Notes: a model not told the origin generated them from the letters alone. A DNA stretch of 24,000 nucleotides from Pseudomonadales bacterium (GCA_965215035.1 OZ244040.1:689523-713522), one strand, 5' to 3'. Counted from the first letter of the stretch, positions 13,649-23,048 are shown. Numbers and translations: made by a program.

Positions 13649-16081
13649 ATGCACACTACACCCGCCTCCCGCATATCACCGCGAAAACTCTCAATAGCCA
13701 TTGTGGCTTTTTTGGGCATGCAAACCACCAACTCCCTGGCCCAGGCCCTAGAAGAGATTGTCGTCACGGCGACCAAACGGGAAGCCAGTCTTCAGGATGT
13801 GCCCGTTTCCGTGTCGGTCATGACCGGCGACCGGATCAGCGAGCAGGGCGCATTCTCGCTGGAAGACATTACTCAGTTCATCCCGCTGGTGAACATCACT
13901 GAGACGTCAGGCAACGAAAAACTGTTCATTCGCGGCGTCGGCACCTACGGCAACGCCGGATTCGAACAGTCTGTAGGTACGTTCGTCGATGGCGTCTATC
14001 GTGGGCGCGGCCAGGCTTCCCGGGCGGCCACTCTCGACCTGGCACGCGTGGAAGTATTGAAAGGCCCCCAGAATACACTTTTTGGAAAAAACACAATCGC
14101 CGGTGCCATAACCGTTACCAGCGCCGACCCCACCTCTGAGTTTGAAGGTTCTCTGCTGGCCACGGCAGAGCCGGAGTTCGGCGGCTGGGGGACACAGTTG
14201 GTCCTGTCGGGGCCGCTTACGGATGGACTGAATGCCCGGCTGGCGCTCAGGGCCGATCAGACCGACGGCTACTTCAACAACCGGACTATAGGTCAGGACG
14301 AACGGCAGGAAGACGAGTTCGTGAGTCGTCTTGGGCTCGAATGGCTCGCCAGCGACAACCTCCGGTTCCTGCTGAAGTGGGAACATGGAGAGCAGGATAC
14401 GATCGGTCGTCAGAACAAGGTTGGCATCGCGACACCCACAGCCACATTCATTTATCAGGCCTTTGGCGATCCGAATTTCCAGGCGGGGCTGGATTACGAC
14501 AAATACCAGGATGGTGCGCTGCCTGGGCGTCCTTCGCAATTTGATGATTCAGAGTGGGATTTGGTGAGCCTGAACACCACCTGGAACATCGGCGACTATA
14601 CGCTGCAGTCGATCACCGGCTACATAGATGCCCAGGCGCATAACTCTCTGGATCTGGACTTTGCACCGGTCCAACTCATCGGCCAGCAGCGAAGCGAGGG
14701 CCACAAGCAGTTTACGCAGGAGTTTATTCTGACCTCACCCCAGGGTGGGGCAGTTGAGTGGCTGGCAGGATTTTTCTATCAGGACGAGGAGTTGAAGCGC
14801 TTCGGCGACCTGGACATTTTTCTTTCTGGAATCGCCCCATTGTTTGCCGGCAACCCACTGGAACCGTTTCTGCAACAGGGATTTGGAGATGCCACGATTG
14901 TCCGCGAGTCCTATCAGGACACCGAGACAGTTTCTGCGTTTGGCCAAGTTACCTGGAATGCGTCGCACAATCTGCGCTTCCTAGCCGGATTACGCTACTC
15001 CAAGGACGAGAAGGTCCTGGACAAATCACTCGTAGTGGATGAGTACCTCATTGAGGGCTACCGAACCTACCAAGGGTCGGTGAGCCTTCCAAACCAAGCT
15101 TTTTACGACCAGTTCCTTGGGTTTGCCAAGGAACATTCCTTCGACGGCGCCGGTTTTTTTATCTGCGACACGTTCTTTCAGCTCCCCGCGCCGGTTCCTG
15201 CCCGGACCTGCAACGTTGCACCAGGCTTTGACAATGTACGCAAAGAAGACCATTGGACTGGCGACATAGTCGTCCAGTACGACGTCAATGACGACGCCAT
15301 GCTCTACGCCAAGTGGGGCGCAGGTTACAAGGCGGGGGGATACGATGAAGCCAATCTCCTCGGTATACCAGAGGCGCAGGAATTCGGCGACGAAACGGTA
15401 AAGAGCATCGAGTTCGGTGCCAAGCTCGGCCTGTGGGACGGCCGTGCCCGCCTGAATATCGCAGCATTTCGGAGTGAGTTCGAAGACTTGCAGGTCAGCG
15501 TCTTCGACGGCGTGGCCGGCTTTGAGGTAAGAAACGCGGCGGAGGCCACGAGCCAGGGTATCGAACTGGATGGCGAAGCACTGCTGAGCGATGCGCTGAC
15601 CTTGTACTTCACTATGGCCTATCTCAACTCCGAATTTGATTCCTTCCCCGGCGCGCCCTGCCACGCAGGACTGGCCGCCAGCTTTCCGGGGTCGGGCCCC
15701 TGTGTTGCGGATCTCGCCGGTCAGAACACGCAGTTTGCACCCGATTTCTCAGCAAATCTGGCACTCGATTACGACACTGCGATTACGGATTCGCTCGATC
15801 TATCCTTGGGAATTGACGTGCAGCATTCGGGTGACTACTTCACAACCGGTGACAATGATCCGACACTGGTCCAGGACTCCTTTACAAAGATCAACGCTCG
15901 CGTGGAGTTATCCGGTTCGGGAAACTGGAGCGTCGCTCTGCTTGGCAAAAACCTCACCGATGAAACGATTGCCAACGCGCCAGATGACATCCCGGTGGGC
16001 AATCTGGGGTTCGCGGGAAGTTACTTCTATTTCCTGGATCCGCCTCGAAGCTATGAGCTTCAAGCCACTTATCGTTTCTGA
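13649..16081 (+). CDS. TonB-dependent receptor
   Basis: Signal peptide ending SLAQA, plug-domain start EEIVVTATKREASLQDVPVSVSV, an 810-aa barrel-sized protein, and a C-terminal beta-signal ending ...LQATYRF. Confidence 0.92.
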   Translation: MHTTPASRISPRKLSIAIVAFLGMQTTNSLAQALEEIVVTATKREASLQDVPVSVSVMTGDRISEQGAFSLEDITQFIPLVNITETSGNEKLFIRGVGTYGNAGFEQSVGTFVDGVYRGRGQASRAATLDLARVEVLKGPQNTLFGKNTIAGAITVTSADPTSEFEGSLLATAEPEFGGWGTQLVLSGPLTDGLNARLALRADQTDGYFNNRTIGQDERQEDEFVSRLGLEWLASDNLRFLLKWEHGEQDTIGRQNKVGIATPTATFIYQAFGDPNFQAGLDYDKYQDGALPGRPSQFDDSEWDLVSLNTTWNIGDYTLQSITGYIDAQAHNSLDLDFAPVQLIGQQRSEGHKQFTQEFILTSPQGGAVEWLAGFFYQDEELKRFGDLDIFLSGIAPLFAGNPLEPFLQQGFGDATIVRESYQDTETVSAFGQVTWNASHNLRFLAGLRYSKDEKVLDKSLVVDEYLIEGYRTYQGSVSLPNQAFYDQFLGFAKEHSFDGAGFFICDTFFQLPAPVPARTCNVAPGFDNVRKEDHWTGDIVVQYDVNDDAMLYAKWGAGYKAGGYDEANLLGIPEAQEFGDETVKSIEFGAKLGLWDGRARLNIAAFRSEFEDLQVSVFDGVAGFEVRNAAEATSQGIELDGEALLSDALTLYFTMAYLNSEFDSFPGAPCHAGLAASFPGSGPCVADLAGQNTQFAPDFSANLALDYDTAITDSLDLSLGIDVQHSGDYFTTGDNDPTLVQDSFTKINARVELSGSGNWSVALLGKNLTDETIANAPDDIPVGNLGFAGSYFYFLDPPRSYELQATYRF

Positions 16082-16211
16082 ATGCAACGCGATAGGTGAC
16101 GTTGGGTTAGCCAACTACACAGCTTTCGGTTGTGCCCGCTCAATTTTGCCTTATGGCAGCTAGTGTCCTGTCTCATAAGCTTCTTACATTTCAGCGTGCC
16201 ACACGAGGTCT

Positions 16212-17855
16212 GTGGCAAGGCGCGGCATGAAGCACGTCATCATTCTGCTTGTCGCGTTCACGCTGCTAAGCTGCAATGCCGAGCGAAACAATCCAGAGCC
16301 ACGTCCGAATTTCCTTCTAATAGTTGCAGATGACCTAGGCTTTACGGACCTCGGCGCTTTCGGCGGCGAGATTCGCACGCCTCACCTTGATGCAATCGCT
16401 CAAAACGGCCTTCGGCTGTTAAACTTTCACACGGCGCCAGCGTGTTCACCGACTCGTGCGATGCTGCTGACGGGAACAGACCACCATATCGTCGGGTTGG
16501 GCGCCACCGAAGAATATCTGAATCTGGCAGCGCCGCATTTGAGAGGACAACCCGGCTACGACGGATATCTAAACTTCAGCACACAAATCTTGCCCGAAAC
16601 CCTCAGCGCCGCAGGCTACCGGACCTATTTGACGGGAAAATGGCATCTCGGTCTTGAGGAACACACAAGTCCGCATGCGCGAGGCTTCGAAAAGACCTTC
16701 GCGATGTTGGAAGGTGCGGCGGGTCACTTCGACGACCGGCAACTGGTTCCAGGCACCGACCGGAACACCGTGTTATTCCGAGAGAACGGTGTGTTGATCA
16801 AGCCACCGGCTAAGTTTTATTCAACGGCAACCTATGCCAACAAACTTATTGAATTTCTTGAGGCAGATCGGACGGACGATCGACCTTTCTTTGCCTTTCT
16901 GTCGTTCACTGCACCCCACTGGCCATTGCAGGCGCCTGCAGAGTCTGTTTCACGGTACAGGGGGCGATACGACCAAGGATACGAGGTCATCTATTTGGAG
17001 CGCCTAGCCAGATTGAAGGCACTGGGACTGGTCGACTCTTCATTTGATGGTCAGCCGGAGCCGCCGGGGTTTCAAAAATGGGATGAACTCACTCCCGACG
17101 AGCAGCGTTACTCAGCCAGGCTGATGGAGATTTACGCGGCGATGATCGACGACATGGACCATTACATCGGAGAGGTCATTGCAAAGCTCAGGGAGCTGGG
17201 ACAATACGAAAACACCATTGTGATCTTTATGTCCGATAACGGTGCAACCGGGGGTAATCATGTGGCCTTGCCTATGTTCAAAGACTTCATTACCCAATGC
17301 TGCGACAATCGATTTGAAAACCTGGGAGAAGCAAATTCGTATTTGGTTCTGGGCAACGAGTGGGCAAGAGTGAGCTCCGGACCTTTCCGATTCTACAAGT
17401 CCCACACAACCGAAGGTGGCATCAGGAGCCCCGCTATCGTTAGTTATCCCAAACAGGCCAGTGCGGGTACCTACGGAGAGTTCCTGACAGTGATGGACAT
17501 TTTTCCGACCGTCCTAGAACTAGCGAGAGCTGAACGACAGCCCGCACGGGACCGTGAGATTCTACCGTTCAAAGGTGCCTCATTCGCAGCAGTGGTTGAT
17601 GGATCAAAGGCCCCTGTACACAGCCCGGATTACACGGTCGGCTGGGAGCTTCACAACCACCGGGCGCTCTGGGCGGACGGTTGGAAGCTCGTCATGTCGC
17701 AGCCGCCCCTGGATGACGGCTCCTGGCGCCTATACAATGTCAGGAAAGACCCGTACGAAATTGAAGACCTGTCCGATGCCTATCCGCAAAAGTTCGCTGA
17801 GCTTCTGGGCACCTGGCAGGCTTACGCTGAGGACAACGGGGTCGTGTTGCCATAG
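16212..17855 (+). CDS. arylsulfatase (Cys-type, formylglycine-dependent sulfatase family), probable lipoprotein
   Basis: LLIVADDLGFTDLG and the CSPTRAMLLTG (C-x-P-x-R) formylglycine motif, with sulfatase-family pattern throughout. The track start at 16212 is GTG. The ATG at 16227 (MKHVIILLVAFTLLSC, lipobox-like LLSC, AAGG upstream) is the more likely start. Confidence 0.92.
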   Translation: MARRGMKHVIILLVAFTLLSCNAERNNPEPRPNFLLIVADDLGFTDLGAFGGEIRTPHLDAIAQNGLRLLNFHTAPACSPTRAMLLTGTDHHIVGLGATEEYLNLAAPHLRGQPGYDGYLNFSTQILPETLSAAGYRTYLTGKWHLGLEEHTSPHARGFEKTFAMLEGAAGHFDDRQLVPGTDRNTVLFRENGVLIKPPAKFYSTATYANKLIEFLEADRTDDRPFFAFLSFTAPHWPLQAPAESVSRYRGRYDQGYEVIYLERLARLKALGLVDSSFDGQPEPPGFQKWDELTPDEQRYSARLMEIYAAMIDDMDHYIGEVIAKLRELGQYENTIVIFMSDNGATGGNHVALPMFKDFITQCCDNRFENLGEANSYLVLGNEWARVSSGPFRFYKSHTTEGGIRSPAIVSYPKQASAGTYGEFLTVMDIFPTVLELARAERQPARDREILPFKGASFAAVVDGSKAPVHSPDYTVGWELHNHRALWADGWKLVMSQPPLDDGSWRLYNVRKDPYEIEDLSDAYPQKFAELLGTWQAYAEDNGVVLP

Positions 17856-18301
17856 ATGTAACTCACGACCAGATCGGTGAGAGGGCGCATATACGGTGTC
17901 ACGATAGAAATGCGTTGCGCCGAGAGATCCTTCAATCCATCCACCAGCGCGCCGGCGGAGGTGACCACTGGCGCCGGGTGACCGGTTTCCACAGCAATTC
18001 GGGTTAGCCGGTGCTCGCTGGTTTTGTGATAGCCAAGCCCCATGCTCATAATGGCCACTAGGCAAGCATAACCCATGACGTCCACATCAGCGTCGGCCAG
18101 TTCTGCAGCACAGCGCAACGAATCGGCGTCCATGGCCTCAAGCTGTTCCTTGGTGACTTTCTGCATCCGCATGCGACTGGAGTGAAAGGTAAACCGTTCG
18201 TCACGAATTCCTTCCCGCCCGCGCAGCATCGCCGGAATCTCGGTTTCCATGGTGGTGTTAGAGCTGGGCACTATCTGCCCGATGCGAAAGGTTGTTGTCA
18301 C
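17822..18301 (-). pseudogene. maleate cis-trans isomerase (Asp/Glu racemase superfamily), C-terminally truncated
   Basis: The N-terminus TFRIGQIVPSSNTTMETEIPAML...FHSSRMRM...GYACLVAIMSMG closely follows maleate isomerase sequences as I recall them. It has a GTG start with AGGAAG upstream. The ORF is only 159 codons (family about 250), and its last ~11 codons are antisense to the 3' end of the sulfatase gene. The second catalytic Cys region is absent. Confidence 0.7.
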
Positions 18302-18328
18302 AGAGTCTTCCTGGCAGTTGCCTGGGGT

Positions 18329-19234
18329 TTATATGCCGCCGATGGCCTTTTCCACCATCTCGCGGAACCACTGGTGTTCGGGGTCATTGTCGAAGGAACG
18401 GTTCCAGAGCAGACCCACTTCGAATTCCGGCGTCTCGTAGGGCAGCTCAAGTGCCTTGACGCCAGCGTCTTCGCCTAGGGCCTGCACCACCTTGCTGGGC
18501 ATGATGGAAATCACATCGGAATAGCGCAGCGAATAAAGCAGGGTCGTCATGGTGGTGAATTCGGCGACAGACTTGATCTGGAGCCCCTTCTCCTCGACAA
18601 ACATCTGGGTGGTCGACTTCCATCCCCCTACCATGCCCGGATTGAAATCCAGATGAGTTGCTCCGAGTAACTGTTCTTCGGTGATCTTTTCGTCATATTT
18701 TTCCGAATCGGCCGGCACAGCCACGATCAGGTGGTCGGTATAAAGCACCTGGAAGTTCACCTCCATTTCCGCGAACCCACCCACATAGGGTGCCACCATA
18801 AGGTCTAGGTGACCTGACCGAATCCGGTCGCGAGTATCTGTCGCAAAGGGTGTAAAAATTACCCGCGTGTTAGGCGCCACGGGGTGTATATGCGCAATGA
18901 TGGGCCCGGCATAGATTTGCAGGAGAAAATCAGTGGTGGCAAGCGTGAAGTTGCGCTGCAGTTTCTCCGGTTCGAAGTGCACCTCTTCGATCAGATTCTC
19001 GATTCGCTGAATGATCTCTTCGACGGGTTCCAGCAAACCTTCGGCCCGCTTGGTCGGCGCCATGGCGCGCCCAGAGCGGACAAAGAGTTCGTCCTGAAAA
19101 GCCCAGCGCAGTCGGCCTAGGGACGCGCTCACCGCAGACTGGGTCAGCCCCAGCTTTTCACCGACCCTGGTGGTATTCGGTTCTTTCAGCATCTCCCGCA
19201 ATATGTAGAGGAGGTTAAGGTCCACCCTGCGCAT
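18329..19234 (-). CDS. LysR family transcriptional regulator
   Basis: The N-terminal HTH LNLLYILREMLKEPNTTRVGEKLGLTQSAVSASLGRLR is followed by a LysR substrate-binding-sized C-terminal domain, 301 codons in total. GGGAG lies 8 nt upstream of the ATG. Confidence 0.92.
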   Translation of the reverse strand: MRRVDLNLLYILREMLKEPNTTRVGEKLGLTQSAVSASLGRLRWAFQDELFVRSGRAMAPTKRAEGLLEPVEEIIQRIENLIEEVHFEPEKLQRNFTLATTDFLLQIYAGPIIAHIHPVAPNTRVIFTPFATDTRDRIRSGHLDLMVAPYVGGFAEMEVNFQVLYTDHLIVAVPADSEKYDEKITEEQLLGATHLDFNPGMVGGWKSTTQMFVEEKGLQIKSVAEFTTMTTLLYSLRYSDVISIMPSKVVQALGEDAGVKALELPYETPEFEVGLLWNRSFDNDPEHQWFREMVEKAIGGI

Positions 19235-19321
19235 GACGATGCTCCCAAAACGTCAACGCAGGATACTACCGCCGGTGGTGCGCGGTGTCACCGAACTGGA
19301 TTGTGGGTCACCCTACCGGTG

Positions 19322-19342
19322 ATTGAGCATCTCCTATCCAAT
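19322..19342. promoter_or_regulatory. candidate LysR-type operator dyad (ATTG-N13-CAAT) in the divergent LysR/MFS intergenic region
   Basis: ATTGAGCATCTCCTATCCAAT has 4-bp inverted arms and sits about 90-110 bp upstream of the LysR ATG. A second small dyad, GTCCA-N5-TGGAC, lies at 19349-19363. Only the position and the symmetry support this call. Confidence 0.2.
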
Positions 19343-19455
19343 GGTGTAGTCCAGACCATGGACAGGTCAGCTCCGTCACGGCAGACCGATACCCGGTAAA
19401 CGCCGGGAATCTCCTGTTACAGTAATCTCAACGTTGCAGCTATCGGGGAGGAGAA

Positions 19456-20778
19456 ATGTCCGAGGGCGCGATCAAAATTGATGAACTGATCGATTCGAAT
19501 CCAATCGGCGGTCTGCAGTGGCGGGTGGTGGTTTTATGTTTTTCCGTGGCCATGATCGATGGGTTCGACGCCCAGAGCATCGGCTACGTGGCCCCACTTC
19601 TGGCTGAGCAGTTCTCGCTCTCGCCCGACGTGATGGGGCAGCTTTATTCCTCGGCGCTGATCGGCCTGATGGTCGGCGCGCTTGTGGGCAGCTCCATGGC
19701 TGACCGCATCGGACGCAAGCCGGTGATCATTCTGTCGGTGGCGGTAATGGGTTTGTTTGCGCTTTTGACCGCAACCGCAGGCAGCACCACCGAATTGTTT
19801 CTGTATCGTTTTCTCACGGGCATTGGGTTGGGCGGCGTGATGCCCAACGTCAATATCCTCACCGCCGAATTTGCACCTGCCCGACGGCGCGCCCTGCTCA
19901 TGACCGTTATGTTTGTCGGATTCCCCATCGGCACCATCGTGGGCGGGCTCGCTGCTGCGGGACTGATCCAGGCGTTTGGCTGGGAATCGGTTTTCATCGT
20001 GGGCGGCGCGGTGCCCCTGGCTCTGGTGCCCCTATTGGTGTTTCTGCTGCCCGAATCGCCACGATTCCTGGCGCTGAAGCCTGACCACGAAGCGAGCCTT
20101 GCCCAGATCGTCAATCGCATCGCGCCCGACACAAGTGCCACGGCCACCAGCCGGTTTGAGACTCTGACACCTCAACAGCCGGGCGGCAGCATTCAGGGCT
20201 TGTTCACGGCGGGTCGAACACCCATCACGCTTTTGTTGTGGGTGGTCTACTTTGCCAATCTGCTTACGTTGTTCGCGATGGTAGCCTGGTTGCCCTCGGT
20301 GCTTAACGCCGCTGGCTTCCCGCTGGAACGAGCTATCCTGGCTACCGTTCTGTTCGCTACTGGCGGAGTGATCGGTGGTTTGCTGATCGCGGCCGCCGTG
20401 GACCGCATGGGTGCGATCCCGATCATGGTTGCGGCATTTGCAGTAGCCGCGGTTGCAGTGGGCTCGCTGGGTCAGGTGACGGGCTCGTTGACCCTACTGA
20501 TCATCATCCTGTTCCTGGCCGGGGTCACGGCCATGGGCAGTCAGTTCGGCCTCAATGCCATAACCAGCAACATCTATGACACCCATGCCCGCGCTACCGG
20601 CCTGGGATGGGCCCTGGCGGCGGGGCGACTGGGCGCAATCATCGGCCCCATCGCGGTTGGAGCGGCGGTCAGCCTGGATTTGCCCCTGTCTCGGCTGTTC
20701 ATGCTGGGAGCCGTTCCGATGGTGATCGCCTCTGCATCGGTGTTTGTGCTGGGACGGCTGAAAGCCGCCCGGCCCTGA
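19456..20778 (+). CDS. MFS transporter, aromatic acid:H+ symporter (AAHS)-like
   Basis: 440 codons with about 12 hydrophobic segments. The N-terminus IDELIDSNPIGGLQWRVVVLCFSVAMIDGFD and the loop motif DRIGRKPVI resemble PcaK/BenK/GenK-type transporters. There is a strong SD, GGAGGAG. Confidence 0.88.
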   Translation: MSEGAIKIDELIDSNPIGGLQWRVVVLCFSVAMIDGFDAQSIGYVAPLLAEQFSLSPDVMGQLYSSALIGLMVGALVGSSMADRIGRKPVIILSVAVMGLFALLTATAGSTTELFLYRFLTGIGLGGVMPNVNILTAEFAPARRRALLMTVMFVGFPIGTIVGGLAAAGLIQAFGWESVFIVGGAVPLALVPLLVFLLPESPRFLALKPDHEASLAQIVNRIAPDTSATATSRFETLTPQQPGGSIQGLFTAGRTPITLLLWVVYFANLLTLFAMVAWLPSVLNAAGFPLERAILATVLFATGGVIGGLLIAAAVDRMGAIPIMVAAFAVAAVAVGSLGQVTGSLTLLIIILFLAGVTAMGSQFGLNAITSNIYDTHARATGLGWALAAGRLGAIIGPIAVGAAVSLDLPLSRLFMLGAVPMVIASASVFVLGRLKAARP

Positions 20779-20805
20779 ACTCGCGAACCGGTCAAAGGCC
20801 AACCG

Positions 20806-20928
20806 TCAGAACTGCATCGTCAGCTCCAGTTCCACACTTCGCCCTTTCTTGACCAGCGTAATCGTGCCGGCGGACGGAAACTCCGCATAGGGCATGGGGG
20901 GAAGTCCCGTCGAATAGTTCTGCCCGCC
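20806..20928 (-). pseudogene. possible 3' relic of an outer-membrane beta-barrel protein gene
   Basis: The minus-strand frame ends ...GTITLVKKGRSVELELTMQF-stop. This has alternating hydrophobic residues and a terminal Phe, the classic OMP C-terminal beta-signal. Upstream the frame runs into the amidohydrolase gene out of frame, so only the tail can be genuine. Confidence 0.3.
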
Positions 20929-20950
20929 ATGCTGTTTCCTAACTGCTGAG

Positions 20951-22495
20951 TTATTGGGGCGGCAGAAGATCCTGCTGCCTGAAGGGCTTGCCGTGTTTGA
21001 CGACAAGGTCAATTGCCTGCAGGTTGGCAATGTCGGCCAGCGGGTTTTTCGACAGCACCAGGAAGTCGGCGAATTTGCCTGCCTCGACACTGCCATACTC
21101 ATCTTCCCGGCCTGCAACCTTGGCGCTGTTTAGGGTGGCCGCAACGATTAAGGCCTCAGCGGGAATGCCCACCTCGTTCATCGTCTTCAGCTCGAAGTGC
21201 ATGGACGCCCCATGGGGCATCCCCATTAAGGCGGCATCCGTCCCCACCGCGAGGGTGACGCCGGCGTCATAAAGGGACTTTGCGTTGGCGAAAGCCGTTT
21301 CATTTCCGGCGATAACCTGTTTGAACCGATCGTCACCCACACCCGGCATCTCATCCACTTCGTACCAGGAGCGGATCACGTCCGGGTCAGCACAGGTTTC
21401 TTCTGCCAGGGTCAGTTCGTATCTCCGGTCGAAGGAATTCTGAAACGACCGGATCCGGAGACTGATGGTCGGAACCACAATGACGTCATTTTCTTTGGCC
21501 AGAGCAATAAACTCTTCGTCCACAGGCGCGTCTGCGGGAATGTGCTGCAGGCTGTCGGCGCCCACTTCCATCATGCGTTTTCCGGGTTCGAGCTGGTGGA
21601 TGTGGACGGTGACCTTGAGTCCAAGCCTTGCGGCCTCCTGGGTCATAGCGGTGACGATTTCCTCAGTGCCGGCTTGCATCCATTCGCGCACCTTGCTGCC
21701 GCTGTAGTCATAGGCAAACTTGACCACATCCGCCTTTAGTTCGGCGGCTTCGCGGACAAACTCAACAGCGGCCTCCGGTGACTGCACCGGAACCAGAGCC
21801 AGTTCACCGTCCCACAGCGGAAAAAAGGTTTTGACGACAAATTCCGGCATGTTGGCCGACACGCCGTGACTTGTGAATATGGTCGGAGCCTCATCCATGG
21901 TGCGTGCAGCGGCACGGGCCTGGAACTCGATACTCGGGCCGCCCATGGAGACGCCACCGGTGACACCTGCACAGGTGTAACTGCGCAAGTTGACCGCCAC
22001 TTTGCTTTGGATGAATTTGACTTCCTCGTCGTAAGGCACGATGTGCTGAAGATCGATCATGGCGGGTCGAGTATAAATCCGCCCCGACACCATAAAATGG
22101 ACATGGGCGTCGATCAGGCCCGGCGTAATCCACTTTCCGCTGGCGTCGACAACTTCAGTCCCTTCCGGAATGGCGATGTCTGCGCCCGCCGCAACAATCT
22201 GGTTGCCGTTAATCAACACGACAGCGTTTGGCACAGGCGCACCGCCAGTTCCATCGATCAGCGTTGCGCCGGTGTAGGCGGTTGCAGCGCCTTCCCTCGA
22301 CATCACCGGAACAACGGTGCCTGCCTGGATTGCTCGAATCTTGTCGGAGGTTACCCTGGTTAGGCCCTCGGACAGGTCGCCCTCGGCCATCAACCAATAC
22401 ACTGCCACCGCCGCCAGAAGGACTAGGACTGCAAATACCGCCAATATCTTTTTGAACATGGCGCGGGCTTTCCCTTTATTCTGGGTTCCAGCCAA
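20951..22495 (-). CDS. amidohydrolase family protein (metal-dependent hydrolase) with N-terminal membrane anchor or signal
   Basis: ATLIDGTGGAPVPNAVVLINGNQIVAAG followed by PGLIDAHVHF (the HxH metal site), with later H and D motifs. The N-terminus MFKKILAVFAVLVLLAAVAVYWL is hydrophobic. The likely start is the ATG at 22459, because 22495 would overlap the upstream gene by 20 nt. Confidence 0.88.
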   Translation of the reverse strand: MAGTQNKGKARAMFKKILAVFAVLVLLAAVAVYWLMAEGDLSEGLTRVTSDKIRAIQAGTVVPVMSREGAATAYTGATLIDGTGGAPVPNAVVLINGNQIVAAGADIAIPEGTEVVDASGKWITPGLIDAHVHFMVSGRIYTRPAMIDLQHIVPYDEEVKFIQSKVAVNLRSYTCAGVTGGVSMGGPSIEFQARAAARTMDEAPTIFTSHGVSANMPEFVVKTFFPLWDGELALVPVQSPEAAVEFVREAAELKADVVKFAYDYSGSKVREWMQAGTEEIVTAMTQEAARLGLKVTVHIHQLEPGKRMMEVGADSLQHIPADAPVDEEFIALAKENDVIVVPTISLRIRSFQNSFDRRYELTLAEETCADPDVIRSWYEVDEMPGVGDDRFKQVIAGNETAFANAKSLYDAGVTLAVGTDAALMGMPHGASMHFELKTMNEVGIPAEALIVAATLNSAKVAGREDEYGSVEAGKFADFLVLSKNPLADIANLQAIDLVVKHGKPFRQQDLLPPQ

Positions 22496-23048
22496 GTACT
22501 ACGTTGGCAACGCGTTCTCCCAGGTAAGCAGCCGTCTTGAGGTCGCTCTCGGCAATGCCGTCGATGCCCTGGTCGGTGTTGGACTGGGCCATTGCACCCA
22601 TCCAGCTTCCCAGTCGATTCAGATCATCAACGCTGCCCGAGCTTGAGTTGTTGCCCCCGGGCAGATCCAGTCCAGCCCAGATCATGCCGTGCTGCATGGC
22701 AAACACGCAGAGCTGCATCAGGGTGTTGAGTTTATCGCCACTTTGGTTACCCGAATTGGTAAATCCGCCGGCCACCTTGTTGCGCCAGCCCTGCTCGTAC
22801 CAGATGCGCGCCGTGTCATCCATAAACTGTTTAAAGGGTGCCGACACCGACCCCATGTAGGTGGGGCAGCCGAAAATCATGCCGTCGACCTTTGAGATTT
22901 CTTCCAACTGCTCGCGGGCGTCTTCGACATAGATCAGCTTCACGTCGACCCCGTCAACGCGGCTCGCGCCATCCCGCACGGCCTTAGCCTGATACGAGGT
23001 ATGGCCCATACCGCTGTGAAAGATGATGGCAAGTGTTTTGGAAGGCAT
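22476..23048 (-). CDS. flavodoxin-like fold NAD(P)H-dependent FMN oxidoreductase (WrbA-like)
   Basis: LAIIFHSGMGHTSYQAKAV...DGMIFGCPTYMGSVSAPFKQFMD...GGFTNSG matches the WrbA/flavodoxin-like quinone reductase pattern, in 190 codons. Its start overlaps the upstream stop in the sequence TGATG. Confidence 0.82.
   Translation of the reverse strand: MPSKTLAIIFHSGMGHTSYQAKAVRDGASRVDGVDVKLIYVEDAREQLEEISKVDGMIFGCPTYMGSVSAPFKQFMDDTARIWYEQGWRNKVAGGFTNSGNQSGDKLNTLMQLCVFAMQHGMIWAGLDLPGGNNSSSGSVDDLNRLGSWMGAMAQSNTDQGIDGIAESDLKTAAYLGERVANVVLGWNPE

Noticed and set aside
12624-13649. 341-aa minus-strand ORF, the longest ORF in this part of the window
   Set aside because: It is antisense to the better-behaved 262-aa ORF, and its composition is Arg/Pro/Gly/His-dominated (PPPPPPHGKP, RRQNGPQRPK). 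That is typical of the non-coding strand of very G+C-rich genes. Its N-terminal third crosses a compositional boundary and the ABM relic in a different frame.
13907-15664. Minus-strand ORFs 13907..14539 (210 aa) and 15026..15664 (212 aa)
   Set aside because: Both lie entirely inside the TonB-dependent receptor gene on the opposite strand. The receptor has signal, plug and C-terminal signatures, and these ORFs have none.
20806-21117. 103-aa minus-strand ORF taken as a whole gene
   Set aside because: Its first ~55 codons overlap the amidohydrolase gene out of frame and look like noise. Only the C-terminal tail is discussed, as a possible relic.
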